A stretch of DNA of 64,000 nt, taken from contig NW_005434638.1 of assembly GCF_000315625.1 (NCBI RefSeq), forward strand, positions 567,659 to 631,658, in the 5' to 3' direction. Positions within the stretch are counted from its first letter, which is position 1, and every line of letters begins with the position of its first letter. The notes below the pieces were generated by a model, which had not been told where the DNA came from, made no database searches, and saw only the letters and a program-made list of their open reading frames with translations. Source of the DNA: Guillardia theta CCMP2712 (taxonomy: Eukaryota; Protista; Cryptophyta). Positions 51,301-62,688 of this stretch are shown here, one piece after another. The position numbers were made by a program, and so were the translations under genes.

Positions 51301-54300
51301 CGAGTTACATGTTTCCATCTAATAGAATTTGCTCCACTGGTGACAGTGGGAGCAATGGGCGTCCGGTAGGATTTTCCTTTGCTTCCTCCGCAAGAACTTC
51401 TGGAAGTCAGTTCATGGATTCGAATGCTGCATGTCGAAGTTCTCAAGCACAATCCAATCCATGCACGTTGTCTATTGGTCAATCATGGACTGTCGGGATT
51501 GAAATTATGTATCACTGGAATGGATACGTTACGAATCAGTCAATATGGGAAGATCCTCAAATTGAGCTGTGGTTTACCACGGAGCAAGGAATCTTTGTTG
51601 GTGACATACTTCGATTTACCATACCAAGCCTCGTCCAGCAACAGCCCTCTGCATCAGGGACTTGCTATACCTTTCACGAGGCAGGGAGTCAACAAATTGG
51701 ATTCAACACTATTTATCAAAATGCAAGCTTTCCTAACTCCTCGTTTCTATCAGAGTGTGAAATTTTCAAAACCGAGGTGACCTTTGACTACGGAAATGTG
51801 CTCCAGCAGAACTGGGAAACTCATTTTGACAACAAAGCAAGTACATTTCAGATCTATGTGGGTTCGCCCGTTCTCCCGGGGGCAATGATGAATGTCAAAA
51901 TCAATGGATTTCGTAACACACAGGCAATGAATTACAGCCAGAATGCGATCGGTGAGGTGATTCGAGGTAAGAGAACAACTTTAGTATTGAGTCAGAATTC
52001 GATAAAAGCTAGTTACAGCTCAATCTCAGGAAATCCAATCAATGGATACACCGAGTCCAGAAGCCAGGATTTGAATCTTGGAGATATTGTTTCATTTCGG
52101 ATTTATGCCTACAACGGCAGATTCAAAAGTGCACCAATATCGTCCTTTGTTCAAAACAGAGCAATACAGCCACCATTGGCCCCTGCATATTTTCCAAACA
52201 TGGAACAGATTATTGCTGCAGTAAATCTAACAGTAACCAACTTGGCTTCAACACAATCCTCAAGTCCATATCCAGGTTATGCTCCACCTGTCATTCCGAT
52301 TGTGGGACAAGCTACAAGAATCGGTCTTCAAATCACACCTGAATTTGACATCTTTGAGAACCATTCCATCTCAATCAATTTGCCCGGTTTTGTGGGACAA
52401 GACTATTACGAAGTTCCTTTGTCGTATGTGATGATGGACAAGTACGCGGCTTCAGGAACGCCAGGTTGCGCCTGTGATTCCAATGGGGGCATCATAACAC
52501 CTCGCAATGTCTACACGTTGGTCGCTGAAGCCTCTGGCCCTGAAGCATGCAACTGGACTGACACCAATTCATCACGTCCAGCTTGTGCATGTGGCGAGTG
52601 CTCCTGTGCTCTGGATGGTTCTGTTTATGTACCACCCGATGTCTACAATGCCACTGGCAATTGCACTGAATGTGCTTGCAATGGTGCTACCCCTGAGATA
52701 GTTACCAGAAATCCTACATATCCGAATGAAAGCTGTACATGCTCTTGCGTTCTACAGAGGAGGTGTTCGTGCTCTTGCTCTGTTTCACAGTCCTTTTCAT
52801 GCACTTGTTTACAAAACTACACTTCATCCTTGTTTCAAAGGGTACTATGGTCACAATATTCTGAAAGTCTTGTGATGACGGTAGCACAAGGAACGATCCT
52901 CAGGAAGGGAGTCAAATACACAGTTTGGATTAGCAAAGATGCAGGAATACTTTTTCCATTAGCAGGTACTTCTTCATACCCACAGAGTACGAAGGGCGAA
53001 ATTTTACTGCAAGGCTACGTCAACTCATATCATCTTCGTTGGGTCACTCCATTTCCTGAGGTGAACAATCCTCGATTGGGGTATGTCATTCAGATGACAA
53101 CAGATAATTATTGGAGAAGTGATATTCAAACTGTTGTCTTCCGAGAAAGCTTGAGCAGAGGGCCTTTGGATAAGTTTCCGGTTGGGTATCTCCTTCAAGA
53201 TATTTCATCTACGGAGACCACGTTTAGGATCTCGACTAGCTATGACTTGTACCCTGGCAGCCAAATTCTAATTGATACTGAATTCATGCAAGTATTAAGT
53301 AGCAACACAACATACGTGGATGTTATTCGAGGAATTCGATCATCCATGCCTATTGCACATCTTTCAGCATCCAGCCCAGGCTGTACTTGTCTGCAAAATG
53401 GAAGTGCAACTGGAGCAGCAAACTGCAAGTGCACAGAAATTTACAAGGTCAGGATCGGAGCGACAGATGTTGCCACAGGTAATGATGGGCTTGATTTCAA
53501 AGCAGGGACGGCAGATTGCCATCTTGCAGATGTGCAATCATCTTGGCCATGCAATCCTCTGAAATATGTCTTCCCATACAACGCTCGAACTCATCAAGTT
53601 GCAATTATCAACCAAGGAGATCGAAATGTTCAATTTGTCGGAGCCTGCGGCGCTTCATCAAGTACTTGCAGCACAAATTGTGTTTGCAATAGACCGTCGC
53701 TTGTCAAGGGTGCAGAATTCATGAACCCTCAAGTTCTTGGCAACATCACCATTGCATCTACTGGCGATCCTTTGTCTTACCCCACGGAGGGAAGGAGTCA
53801 GCTTGTTTTGAGTTTAACAGTAGACAATGATGTATTGGCATTGTCAAGTTTGCAAAAAATCGTTGGAAACTTCATTCGTGTAGACAATGAAATCATGTTT
53901 GTGAAGTACCGACCAAATCAAGGTCGAGGAATAATTGCTGTGAATGTCTTCAAGTCGATCGGAGGTCGTGCTTGTTCTTGCTCTTTCAATGGCACGGTTT
54001 CTGGGCCGTCATACTGTTTGTGTTCTGGAGGCCCTGGAGAAAACTGCACTAATGGTGGAACGCTGGGCGCTGCTGGTTCAGGAAGTGGTTTCTCCGCCAC
54101 CTTCACTGTTTCAGGTGGCAAGATATCTGGGATCACAGTAACAAATCCAGGCGTTGACTATGGCTCCGATCCCTCCATTTACATAGCATCAGGAGGAGAT
54201 GGTTGCGTTAATTATAATCTGTTTCCAGTTACCAGCAACTTTGTCCTCAAAGTGACAAGAGGTTCTCTGTATACAGTCCCTGCTTCTCATGCTGCTGATG

Positions 54301-55586
54301 CTTCTGTGGGACTCGTCCTTTGGCCGTCTCAAGTTGTCAGAAATCAGGCTGGGTTTCGATACAATTTCCGTATTGCTGCCTTCAATGCCGCTGGCTTCAG
54401 TGCTTGGATTTACTTCGATCTGAAGTTGTTCTCGGTGTCTTCCAGGGTTCTTGCTGCTTCTGGAAATCAAAGGATCCAAATCTCTCTGATTGGTGGAGGC
54501 GTTACATTGTACAACCCGGGCTATGAAGTTTGGATAGGCCAAACTTCGCAAGATGGATTGACAGTTGATTTCCAGAATTCGAAACAATGCACATCTGTGC
54601 TGATTTTAGATGATGCAGGAACTAAGCTGAAGTGCACTACACCGAGTGGGGTTGGGAGTGGGCTCGACTTGATTGTACTCTATCGTAGCGGTGCCTTCTC
54701 ACAGATTGCTGTTGGATCCCGATGGATGCGATATCAGCCACCACAGGTTAGCCAAGTCCTGCCTGCTCTGGTTTCTCCAGGAAGCATCACAGTCACCGTG
54801 TACGGGACAAACTTCGGACCTTCTGGCAGTGACGTCTCTGGTGTGTTGAAAGCGTCCACTGAGATTCCATGCAAACCTCTTGTCCTCAAATCTGACAGTC
54901 AAATTCTTTGCACGCTCAATTTACCTAGCGGATTTTCTTCTTCTGGCAATTTGATCGTAACAGCGGGAAAACAATCATCCCAGCCTTCAAAAACATCAAC
55001 CGTCGCTCCACTACCAGGTCCGGTTGCTGTTTCCGCAACTATTCAAGCGGATTTCAACCAAATCACATCAAACCCTGTCGTTGAAACTCAGTTTAAGATC
55101 AATTTTGTCAAGGACGTTTCCAGCGCTCTGAAAATTCCCGCCGCTAGATTGAACATTACACAGCTAAAATCAGGCAGCGTGATTGTTTTCTTCAACATTC
55201 TGCCAGATCTTCAATCAGCACTATCTTCATCTCCTGCAGCCCTAGCACTGGAATTGTCTGCTCAAGCTTCGGATCCAAATTCTCCATTGAGGCAGGGAAA
55301 TTTGACCTCCGGGGCTGTTTTCTCGGTTCCTTCTGGTCTCGAGCAACTTGTCAGTAATACTTCAAACGCTACCAATGCCGTTCCTTCGTACTTCAGCTCT
55401 TGTCTGCTTCGCAGCTATCAGTACTGGGACATGGAGATTTGTTTCGATTGCTGCACTTATGCTTGTGAGGTCGGACCTGAGATACCGGTGGTGAATGGTT
55501 GGCAGGTGTTGCCAGGTTTTCGTGCCGAGGTTTGTCAAAGTTTGTGTCTCGAGCACTGTGGTTATGCCAGGCCAATAACCGTGTGA
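48303..55586 (+). CDS. Giant (>2400 aa) extracellular protein: CxC Cys-rich clusters, interrupted FN3 domains, phage-like beta modules, two IPT/TIG domains, SEA-like domain and Cys-rich tail; small 5' exons probably from ~47590
   Basis: Uninterrupted 7.3-kb ORF rich in S/T/G/N/C. APSPPSNLKV...FRIYAYNG and LRWVTP...YNFRIAAFNAAG (FN3); LKCTTPSGVG and VTVYGTNFG (IPT); ALKIPAARLNITQLKSGSVIVFFNI (SEA-like). The ORF begins at GTG, so the true start is upstream. Confidence 0.85.
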   Translation: MLQYAGEALASGKISVTVTCAHVSNSGCTGASTVNSTCLGCAGTVSVSVSGSGAYVSSGNCSGCSCSDAGVVSTPATTYNVSYNSSMDNCSAADCSCDANGVASGNCGCACIPTVCSCQCTQNSCGHTVSSDSKTFTATGGGTCQVSASCSAGFYDGATYTGYNSVSPSLLRSSQVLPGTYLQNTVPTASSGQLYFSSLTVYNTIAKSSILSIVFAAGSSGINVSSSSFECWPYYFSVKQYSDSSKNYLTSQQFTTDQSANLGNYMVILLDKQSNTIDTVYESDAFTAQFSLVTGDGFDSSTQPTPTKYSVLSSSDLLLTDASNAAISNNLVTLSNSSTAVNIFVANQVGLYFLVLVEVSSAFTKSIFLGATALQTPFSINAGNVNISYGSSKLVLPPTDPQVLLLDAVGSNDTKSSSGLPLPLYVQFQTSDYQILDNAKCVQCVQARLVKCSNSVPTQFFVEQDCTAVNQAQCATSNQDGSKCASAGYTSSNSFLDTLGGTTIANLENGTAVFTDLAVHFVAGYGYKLQFTLNAGGRYTTSSVVASSQSQNGQIFVPSVGSFFVRPYNLNILQEIGGDGVDINGDYVPDGVGVGIPFRVQPAVTIAGNGYSFDKNWGQHGWLPIRSQIVSSSCGGDCSKYNMTLYGSSTGASTYESEFLMWSSYSGFIGSPNRNVRLAYDSSIGNVGLLWQDLTIKNAQQQAVLNVLLSFACGPSTNISSISTTSTMITYFDLFSAPSPPSNLKVSDYGSLGFRVEFDPGLISREAPLSGFLLEFDVCQQEKDVSCSTVENQFYSGLGFSTPVTSVLGSGLDLGGGYTQEAFIIVDSSTSTDNVTISAVNVTMGIQRTIYPGDQLVFSFASLQSKLLASFNPNCTLQGVDSQKFKISSYNSTTSVIVLTIQDGFYLVWGSMVQFQFPDTCMISGMPSPPFGQTLLQIPVIGVNSQVQFDNCKGNSSCLAAKTVMLPSIQDANSMDLDWSGQLQYGSTGAPCATTLASTSSYMFPSNRICSTGDSGSNGRPVGFSFASSARTSGSQFMDSNAACRSSQAQSNPCTLSIGQSWTVGIEIMYHWNGYVTNQSIWEDPQIELWFTTEQGIFVGDILRFTIPSLVQQQPSASGTCYTFHEAGSQQIGFNTIYQNASFPNSSFLSECEIFKTEVTFDYGNVLQQNWETHFDNKASTFQIYVGSPVLPGAMMNVKINGFRNTQAMNYSQNAIGEVIRGKRTTLVLSQNSIKASYSSISGNPINGYTESRSQDLNLGDIVSFRIYAYNGRFKSAPISSFVQNRAIQPPLAPAYFPNMEQIIAAVNLTVTNLASTQSSSPYPGYAPPVIPIVGQATRIGLQITPEFDIFENHSISINLPGFVGQDYYEVPLSYVMMDKYAASGTPGCACDSNGGIITPRNVYTLVAEASGPEACNWTDTNSSRPACACGECSCALDGSVYVPPDVYNATGNCTECACNGATPEIVTRNPTYPNESCTCSCVLQRRCSCSCSVSQSFSCTCLQNYTSSLFQRVLWSQYSESLVMTVAQGTILRKGVKYTVWISKDAGILFPLAGTSSYPQSTKGEILLQGYVNSYHLRWVTPFPEVNNPRLGYVIQMTTDNYWRSDIQTVVFRESLSRGPLDKFPVGYLLQDISSTETTFRISTSYDLYPGSQILIDTEFMQVLSSNTTYVDVIRGIRSSMPIAHLSASSPGCTCLQNGSATGAANCKCTEIYKVRIGATDVATGNDGLDFKAGTADCHLADVQSSWPCNPLKYVFPYNARTHQVAIINQGDRNVQFVGACGASSSTCSTNCVCNRPSLVKGAEFMNPQVLGNITIASTGDPLSYPTEGRSQLVLSLTVDNDVLALSSLQKIVGNFIRVDNEIMFVKYRPNQGRGIIAVNVFKSIGGRACSCSFNGTVSGPSYCLCSGGPGENCTNGGTLGAAGSGSGFSATFTVSGGKISGITVTNPGVDYGSDPSIYIASGGDGCVNYNLFPVTSNFVLKVTRGSLYTVPASHAADASVGLVLWPSQVVRNQAGFRYNFRIAAFNAAGFSAWIYFDLKLFSVSSRVLAASGNQRIQISLIGGGVTLYNPGYEVWIGQTSQDGLTVDFQNSKQCTSVLILDDAGTKLKCTTPSGVGSGLDLIVLYRSGAFSQIAVGSRWMRYQPPQVSQVLPALVSPGSITVTVYGTNFGPSGSDVSGVLKASTEIPCKPLVLKSDSQILCTLNLPSGFSSSGNLIVTAGKQSSQPSKTSTVAPLPGPVAVSATIQADFNQITSNPVVETQFKINFVKDVSSALKIPAARLNITQLKSGSVIVFFNILPDLQSALSSSPAALALELSAQASDPNSPLRQGNLTSGAVFSVPSGLEQLVSNTSNATNAVPSYFSSCLLRSYQYWDMEICFDCCTYACEVGPEIPVVNGWQVLPGFRAEVCQSLCLEHCGYARPITV

Positions 55587-55668
55587 GGATAGCAAGTGGG
55601 TGAAGATCTAGAATCAGGGGAGTGCAATCTTAAGCGTGCGATATATCATCATCAATAAAGTCACATCT

Positions 55669-58600
55669 CTATATGAACTCCTTGCGTGTTTTCATATCCA
55701 GCATGGTGAGCGCTGATGTTGGTCTCCTCCGATCGAGGCCTCTCGTAGTTTTTGCAGACACCAGCGCTGAGTTTGGCCTCTGCACTTGAGTGACCTCAAA
55801 TTTCCTAGTTCCTGTCACCTCCAAGGAATGTCGATTCAATGATGCCTGAGGTGAGCTCCCTTTGATCTCATGCTCCTCAACGTCGATGCTGGATTGAGAC
55901 TGAATGTCTGCTGTGCTCGATCCTTGGCTGCAGACTTGGCGGGTGACGTTGCTAATCTCAAGCTCAATGATGGCTTTGTGAAGTTGTTTCCGATTCTTCT
56001 TGATGTCTTCAACGAATCCTTCCTGCTGTCCTTCAAAGATGTTGATGATGGGAGAGCTGGTTTGATAGCTTGAGTCTGATGGAAGTTCCAGTTCGGTCAG
56101 TCTCCTCATAAGATATTCCCTAATTTCTTTCATCACGTTCAAAGATCTGCTCTCTGAGATTCTTTTTTCGATTTCTAACTCCACTCCTCTTATCGCGTAT
56201 GTCCCAGCCAATGCTTTTTGCCTTGCTTCCTCCAATTCCCGTTTCAAGCTTTCGATTTCTTGAATATTTTCTTTGACGGTTGATTCTAAATTTGATATCT
56301 CCTGGGACAAAGCCAATCGCTTCCTTGTTTCTTTTTCTTTTGCAAATTTTTCATCCTTGTAAGCCCTTGTCATTTTCTCCAGATCTTTTTCTAGCTCTCT
56401 ATACTTTTGCAACTCCATGTTTGCTTGCTTCAATGATTGTTCCATTCGATTGTTCTGATATTGCAAACTTTCAATCTCCTGATTCACGGTCTCCATTCTT
56501 TTGTTGAGTACTTTGTTTTCCTGTTTAGCTGCTTTGAGCTCAGTTTCCGCCTTTTGTCGCTTCCTAAATTCTTTGTCTTTGTCTCGTTCAGATCTTCTGT
56601 AATTCATGTGCGTCTTAGAGTAAAGGGCATCAAGTTCCTGTTTGTCCTGGGCAAGAGCTCGCTTCTCTGTTGTGAGCAGATGTATTTCGCTTTCCTTTTT
56701 TTGGATTTCGTTTTCTAGTTTTTTGTGTGTTCTCGTCAAAGATGAGATATGATCGTTGAGGTACTGTACATGCTTGATCAAGTCATAGTCTCCTTCTGCT
56801 AACTTCTTGTTCGCTTGGTTCAATTTGTCTTCCATCTCGCTGAGAGACTTGGTCCAAGATTTCCTCTCGTGCTCGAACTCTTGCTCCATGATCTCCTTCT
56901 GCTCCCGTCGAGCTTCTCGCACTTCTCCAATGAACTTCTCTTGCAGCTCTTTGGTGTACTTCTCTTGCTCCAGCTGCAAGAGGTACGTCTTTTCGTTGAT
57001 TTGGATTTCTGCTGACTTGTGCGCAAGTTCCACTTCGTTCATGTGCTGCTTCAATATTCTCTCGCGAGCATTAGCCAGCCCTCGAGGGTCGATTCCTACC
57101 TTAGTGATGTACATGACCCTCATGAGGTTGTTTGCAAAGTTTCTGTTCAGACGCGACAAGGCATTCATTTTGTCTGCGAAAAGGAATGAGGCATCTGCAG
57201 ACACAGCAACGAGACTTTCACCTGCGATGTTCTTCAAGGCTGACTCATCTTCCTTCAAGACAGCACGGCAAACTTCCACGACTTCATCTTTGACGATTCC
57301 GATCTCCTTCTCGTGAAACTCGATGTGCTGCCTGATAACCTGAGCGACGTTTCCCTCAACATCATCCCATAGCATGCTCCAGGACGAGGCATACGTGTCG
57401 TCCGTCTCAACGTCTTTGCTTTCTCTGTTCGATAAAGATTGTTTCCACCGCCTCCTCAGTTTTCGATTCTGTTCGACATGTCGAGATGTTCCTACAGGCC
57501 TTCAATGCTCGTCAGAAGCCTCGCTGGCTCGCCTCCTCTTGCTGTGACACTCTCCCATGGCCCTCCCCGTCGATACCTCGGGGGAGGGAGGGTTTGTTGT
57601 TAGGTCCCTCCAAAAAGTCACTTGACTGAAAATCGGAACAAGTTTCGATGCGGAGGAGGAAGGGGAGAGAAGAACTGAGACGAGGAGGAAGGGAAGAGAC
57701 GATGAGACTTTTCACCAGATCATATTCATTAGAAGAAGTTGTTTACAGAAGGTTTCATCATTCTAGGTCATCAACTGATCTATATTTCCAACTCGGATCG
57801 AATTCTGCCAGCATGGAGCGTGAGACAAGCAAGAAATACACTTGTGTCACCTGGGTCGTCTCGAGAGACGCCAGAGAGACCCTTTGGGATCGGGGTGAGA
57901 CCTGGAAACAAGGTTGGAGCAAGAGTTCTTTGCCAAGGGTCCTGCAAAGGAGTGAACAGAATGCAAAGTTTCGACACTCAACTCTCCGACTCTTGTCCTA
58001 CCTGCAGGTGCGTCACTCCTGTAATTCCATATTTGCTCCCCGGCTCCCATCGAAATTCCATCTGCTGCTGTGATCACAAGCTCGAAACAAACCTCACAGG
58101 AAGGACCTCCTTCATCTTGGCTTTCTTGATGCTCAGCTGCGATACGCTTGTGGTCCAGGGGTCATGTAGGACCTGATGACTTGCAATCAACGAAAGAGCT
58201 ATGGAAGACAGTCGTTACCAGAGATGGAGGAGTCACAACCTCAAAGCATAGGCAGTTCAATGTTGGATGTTTCGCTAGTGATCGCGGTAGTGTTGGCCCT
58301 GAGAATGATTCATCAGCTTCATCAAACTTTGAGTATATTGAATCTTCTACCTATTCCATTGCCCGATAGGTTCAGTTTCTTCAAAGTTGTGTTTTCTTTC
58401 AGATATTTTCCCAATGATGATGCTCCCTCATTGCCTATATCGTTTTCATGAAGATCAAGTACCTTGTGAGCAGGTTGTCAGGATACGTAAGAGAACAGTT
58501 GTCATTCTCACTGTCAAGGTAGTGTTGAATTGTAGTGCTTTTGCAAGCTCAGTAGCTCCTTCCTTTCTGATGCCATTATTGTGTAACCACAGAGACAAGC

Positions 58601-58884
58601 AATCCGTGTTCTTCTTCAATTCATTTGCGACTAGCTTGGCACCATCATTCCCTATGTTTTTTCCATGCATGTAGATTTCTTGTCGTCCTCGAGTCATAGG
58701 GATTTTCTGAGGGCCTGTGAAATCATTATCACTTGAAGTCTCAAGATATCTGTGTACCAGGAAGATATTGCAAGTTCCCCTCATCGTCAAATACTTTGGT
58801 TCCTCCGGATCTGAACGGAGCCCTCACAAAGTTCTCGAGCTCGATTACGTCCCATTCCGCTGGAGAATTCTTCTTGCCCGCCAT
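55669..58884 (-). CDS. RNI-type leucine-rich repeat and long coiled-coil protein, multi-exon
   Basis: NIGNDGAKLVANELKKN..LSLWLHNNGIRKEGATELAKALQFNTTL|YLDLHENDIGNEGASSLGKYLKENTTLKKLNLSGNGIG, and a 568-aa heptad-rich final ORF. Joining both parts into one gene is inferred. Confidence 0.7.
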
Positions 58885-60079
58885 TTGATCCTTCTTGTTG
58901 TTACCTCACGAATTTGGTTTGTGAAATCTTCGTTGAGTCTACAGAAGTCACTCTACAACATTCCTGTAGTTTCAGTGTCATTTGCTGTATGCGTGTGTAT
59001 GCTTGGAGACATTGACACGTCGAATCAAATGATTGCAGTTTCGCAGCAATCTTCATTCTCACCTCTCTGACTTCGTGCCCCGTGTGTTTCTCAGTGTTTC
59101 ATCTCAGTCAGTGGCATGCCCCCTCTTCTTTCCTTCTTTCCCTCCCCCGCCCTGCATCTGGTCGCTTTCTCCACCAACGGCCTTCCTTCGTTACTACGGT
59201 TTCTTACGGTTTCAGACGGTTGTATTGGTAGTAACTCAACGGATAAATAACCGTTTTCTTCGCCTCTCTATGACCCTTCACGGTCTCTTGCCCTTTCAGT
59301 ACCCCCATCATCCCCACCCTCCCATCCGACCGTCTGATGACCCGGTACCTTCACACCCTACCCCAGGTTCGGGAGAAGGGCCTACACACTACAAAACCAC
59401 CGGGTGGTATGAGTCTAGGTGATACGGGTGTAATAGAGGCTAACGGAGGGGTACTGTGAAGATACTTGGGGTACTGAGGGAAGGGGTAGGGTAGATATCT
59501 TATGGGGGTCTACTGCCAAGAGCCACGAGGGCGAAAAATGTAAGTGAACAAGAAGACCGTGGGCGAACGAAGACATTGAAGAGAAGGGGTGAAAAGTGAG
59601 GAACATGGATCTGCCCGAACAAAGAGCGGTGTGCTCACTTGGTGTGTTGATCTCAAGTGGAGAAAATATTCAGAGAACACAGAAGAAAAGAGCAGGCAAG
59701 AATGCAAGGCCAATCATTGACGTTCAGAGGAAAAAGATGCGTTAAAGATAAGGGGCAGAGAGGTTCTTCGGACAAGAGTAGACAGGTGTTCAAAGAGATA
59801 TGTGGGGCTCTGGTGGCATCTTAGGTTGACAGGGTAGATACCAAATATCCTGATGCCATGAAAACATTGCTTGTTGCGATCATTTTCTCTTTGTCAAACG
59901 ATTAATTGTTGCACTGTTATCGCAACACGAATCTTTGACATTTGAAGTGGTATACTGACTGAACCATACAGGATTTCCAAGCTCTTTCAAAAGCTTGACA
60001 TTCTGGTATGTTGGAAAGATTCTTAATTTGATGAGCTCTTTCAAAGAACTAGGAATTCATATTCTGATATGTTCGCTTC

Positions 60080-60398
60080 AGAGCGGCACCGGGCTCCAGG
60101 ATACAAGCGGCGTCTACTACAACCCTTTCGACGACGGTGCACCAGGAACCGAGTACATCCAGAATGTGTCTGATCTCCCTCAGTGTAAGTCTTTTCTTCA
60201 TCGCGCGTTCTTAATGCTCATGGGCCTGTGATGAGAATGTGCAAATTTCTATTCCTGATTCTCTCTCAACAGACACCTGGACTGGCGGTCAGCCGGATGA
60301 CTATGGGGCTTCTGACATGGTGACTGAAACCCTTGTGCGCTGCCGTGCCTTTGAATGACCTTGTGCACCAGATCACTCCCGAGACCCTCACAATGTAA
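60080..60398 (+). CDS. Small acidic multi-exon protein of unknown function (5' exons unresolved)
   Basis: SGTGLQDTSGVYYNPFDDGAPGTEYIQNVSDLPQ|YTWTGGQPDDYGASDM across a gtaagt...aacag intron; codons biased to C-ending. Confidence 0.4.
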
Positions 60399-61562
60399 AC
60401 ATGCTTCGCTCGGATGCGATTTGAGCATCGTGCGCGAGTCAAGTGTTGTTCTGCCGACTCGTTGGTGTCATATAAATTCACATGCAAACGAGTGACTTTC
60501 TACCTCTCTTTCTTCTCGTCGACTTCTCGATTCTGCTCGGTCGCACTTCTTTTCTGCCTCTTGTCGATATCCCCTTGGCGCGTCCGGTCTTCCCTCCATC
60601 AGCCTTGAACTGCGGTGAACGCTGAAAGAATCCACAAGGAGTATTGGCACTTTATGTGTCAAACCTTCGAGATCGAAATAACATGTAGCAGCTCTGATAG
60701 GCGTCGTTGAAGAGAGTAGAGTATAAAATTCCGCCATACATACACGCCATTTTGAAAGAGTCTTTTTTTTTCCCCACTGACACACTCCTCCCCTCCCCGC
60801 CTCATCCACTGGCCCACCGGCTCCCCCCACTCCCCTGTGCGCCGTCGTCTCTCTTGCTTGTCTCCTTCATAGGATCTTTGCCTTCACACCTCTCTGGCAC
60901 AACGACGCGAACGTGTCTGTTGTTGTGTATCGTGTTCCTCGGAGTACAAAACGTCTTGCTCCTTCACTTTGATCTCAAGCATGAGAAACCTCATCCCCAA
61001 GAAGCCCTGAAGCATGAACTGAGCAAGGGACATGCACCTACGGGATTGGCGACGAATTTGTCCCGCACCAAACCAACGGGGTTTCCATTCACCAAGTTCA
61101 GTGAGAAACAAAATGTGACATCTGTACACCCGAAAAAACCTTCAAAGCTGCCCATCTCGCCTGAGAACGGACGCGAGATACCGACATGTAATGGGTCTTA
61201 CATGGGAGAGAAGCCTTGCTCCTTGTTGAAGAAGAATGTAACAACACCCTTCCATTGTTTCAAGGTGGATCAGCCTTGCAGTTGTTGTTCGGTTTGATGA
61301 AAGTCATTTTGCAGCTCAAGAAGTTTTTGTTGTATGAAAAGAATTCATCGTCACCTGTTCCATGTGAAATGAGCACTACATTGTATGGAAATCATCTGAT
61401 AGAAATAACTGCAGGGTGTTTGGGAGGCAAAGAAAGTTGGAACACGTGCAGTCATGGCCGCTTCCTCTGCGAAGAGAAACTTACAACCCCAAACGGTGTT
61501 AACTGATTACATCATAACATGCTTAAGGCTGAATGAGTTTCTTGTTTCTTCTTTTTTGCAAG

Positions 61563-62476
61563 GTCTGGTCGGAATAATTTCTACTATCCTGGTCATCAGT
61601 CTGCGTGAGAAATCTCAGAGGTAACTTTCGGCCCCCTAGACCTGTGTTTTCTCTTTTAATTGCGAACCTCATCTTTCAGGATGATGCAGATCAGATCTCA
61701 GATCGAAAGGCTTGGGCTTCCTCCTCCAGTGCGACATCAGGCTTTCGTCTCGTTGCTCAATGCAGGTCAACTCTGCTCCAGGTTACTAGCATTTCTTATC
61801 AGGCTGCAGGGCGAGGAGAGTTAGACTCGTCACCTGCTGATCTCTCAGTGAACGATCTCAACATGGGGATCGGGGAGTTCTTCACGCCCGCGTTTCAGTT
61901 TCGAGGAGGGAAGGGTAAGGTGAAGCGCGGAGACCTCTCTGTCGCCATGTCCCACCTGCTTGCATGGCGGTCAGTGGCGCAGGGGAATCATTGTTTGCAT
62001 CCTCCGTCGAGATCCTCTGACGACTGCTGGGTGTTGATCCTGGAGGATGACGTCAAGCTGAACATTCCTGATACTTGTCTGCTGCGAGGAGGAGGGCAAA
62101 CGAGAATCAAGCTCGACCCTCTCCCTCCGGACGCGGACATGGTCCTCCTCTTCCCATCACGGCTGATCAAACAAGACTGCTCGTCACACCCATCATGCGA
62201 AATGTTCAGCGAGGTGAGCGACGGGTCTGGCCTGATTGGCTACGTGGTTTCACGGCGATCTGCCAAGAAGCTTGTCCGCGTCTTTGAGGTAAAAATGTTG
62301 TGCTTCGTCAGGAGCTTAGTATTTGCCATTGCTAGCAAGTGAAGCTGAGGATGCCGATCGACCTGCAGATCTACAAGCTACCGGGCATCTCTGTCTTCGC
62401 ATCCAAGGCTGACTGGATTCTCCATCAGGACAACATCCCGTCTGATCGGATCGCCCAGAATGGACTTGCTGAGTGA
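61563..62476 (+). CDS. Glycosyltransferase family 25-like protein (catalytic part; further 5' exons likely from ~60500)
   Basis: ILVISL; GDLSVAMSHLLAWRSV; WVLILEDDV; GLIGYVVSRRSAKKLV; MPIDLQI. Confidence 0.75.
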
Positions 62477-62688
62477 GAACCCTGTTGGAAGGGGAGAAGG
62501 GACAAGGGACAAGGGCAAAGCAGAGAGCAGTGAAGAGTGTGACGAGACTGATCAGCGAACATTGGCTTTAATGAGAACCGGTGATGAATGTGACCCCAAC
62601 ACCAAGCTAGATGTTAACAATCATGTACAAAGATCTAAGGATTCTTGTTGACGAAATAAAAACAAGATGATCAAACGACATGCGGCAT

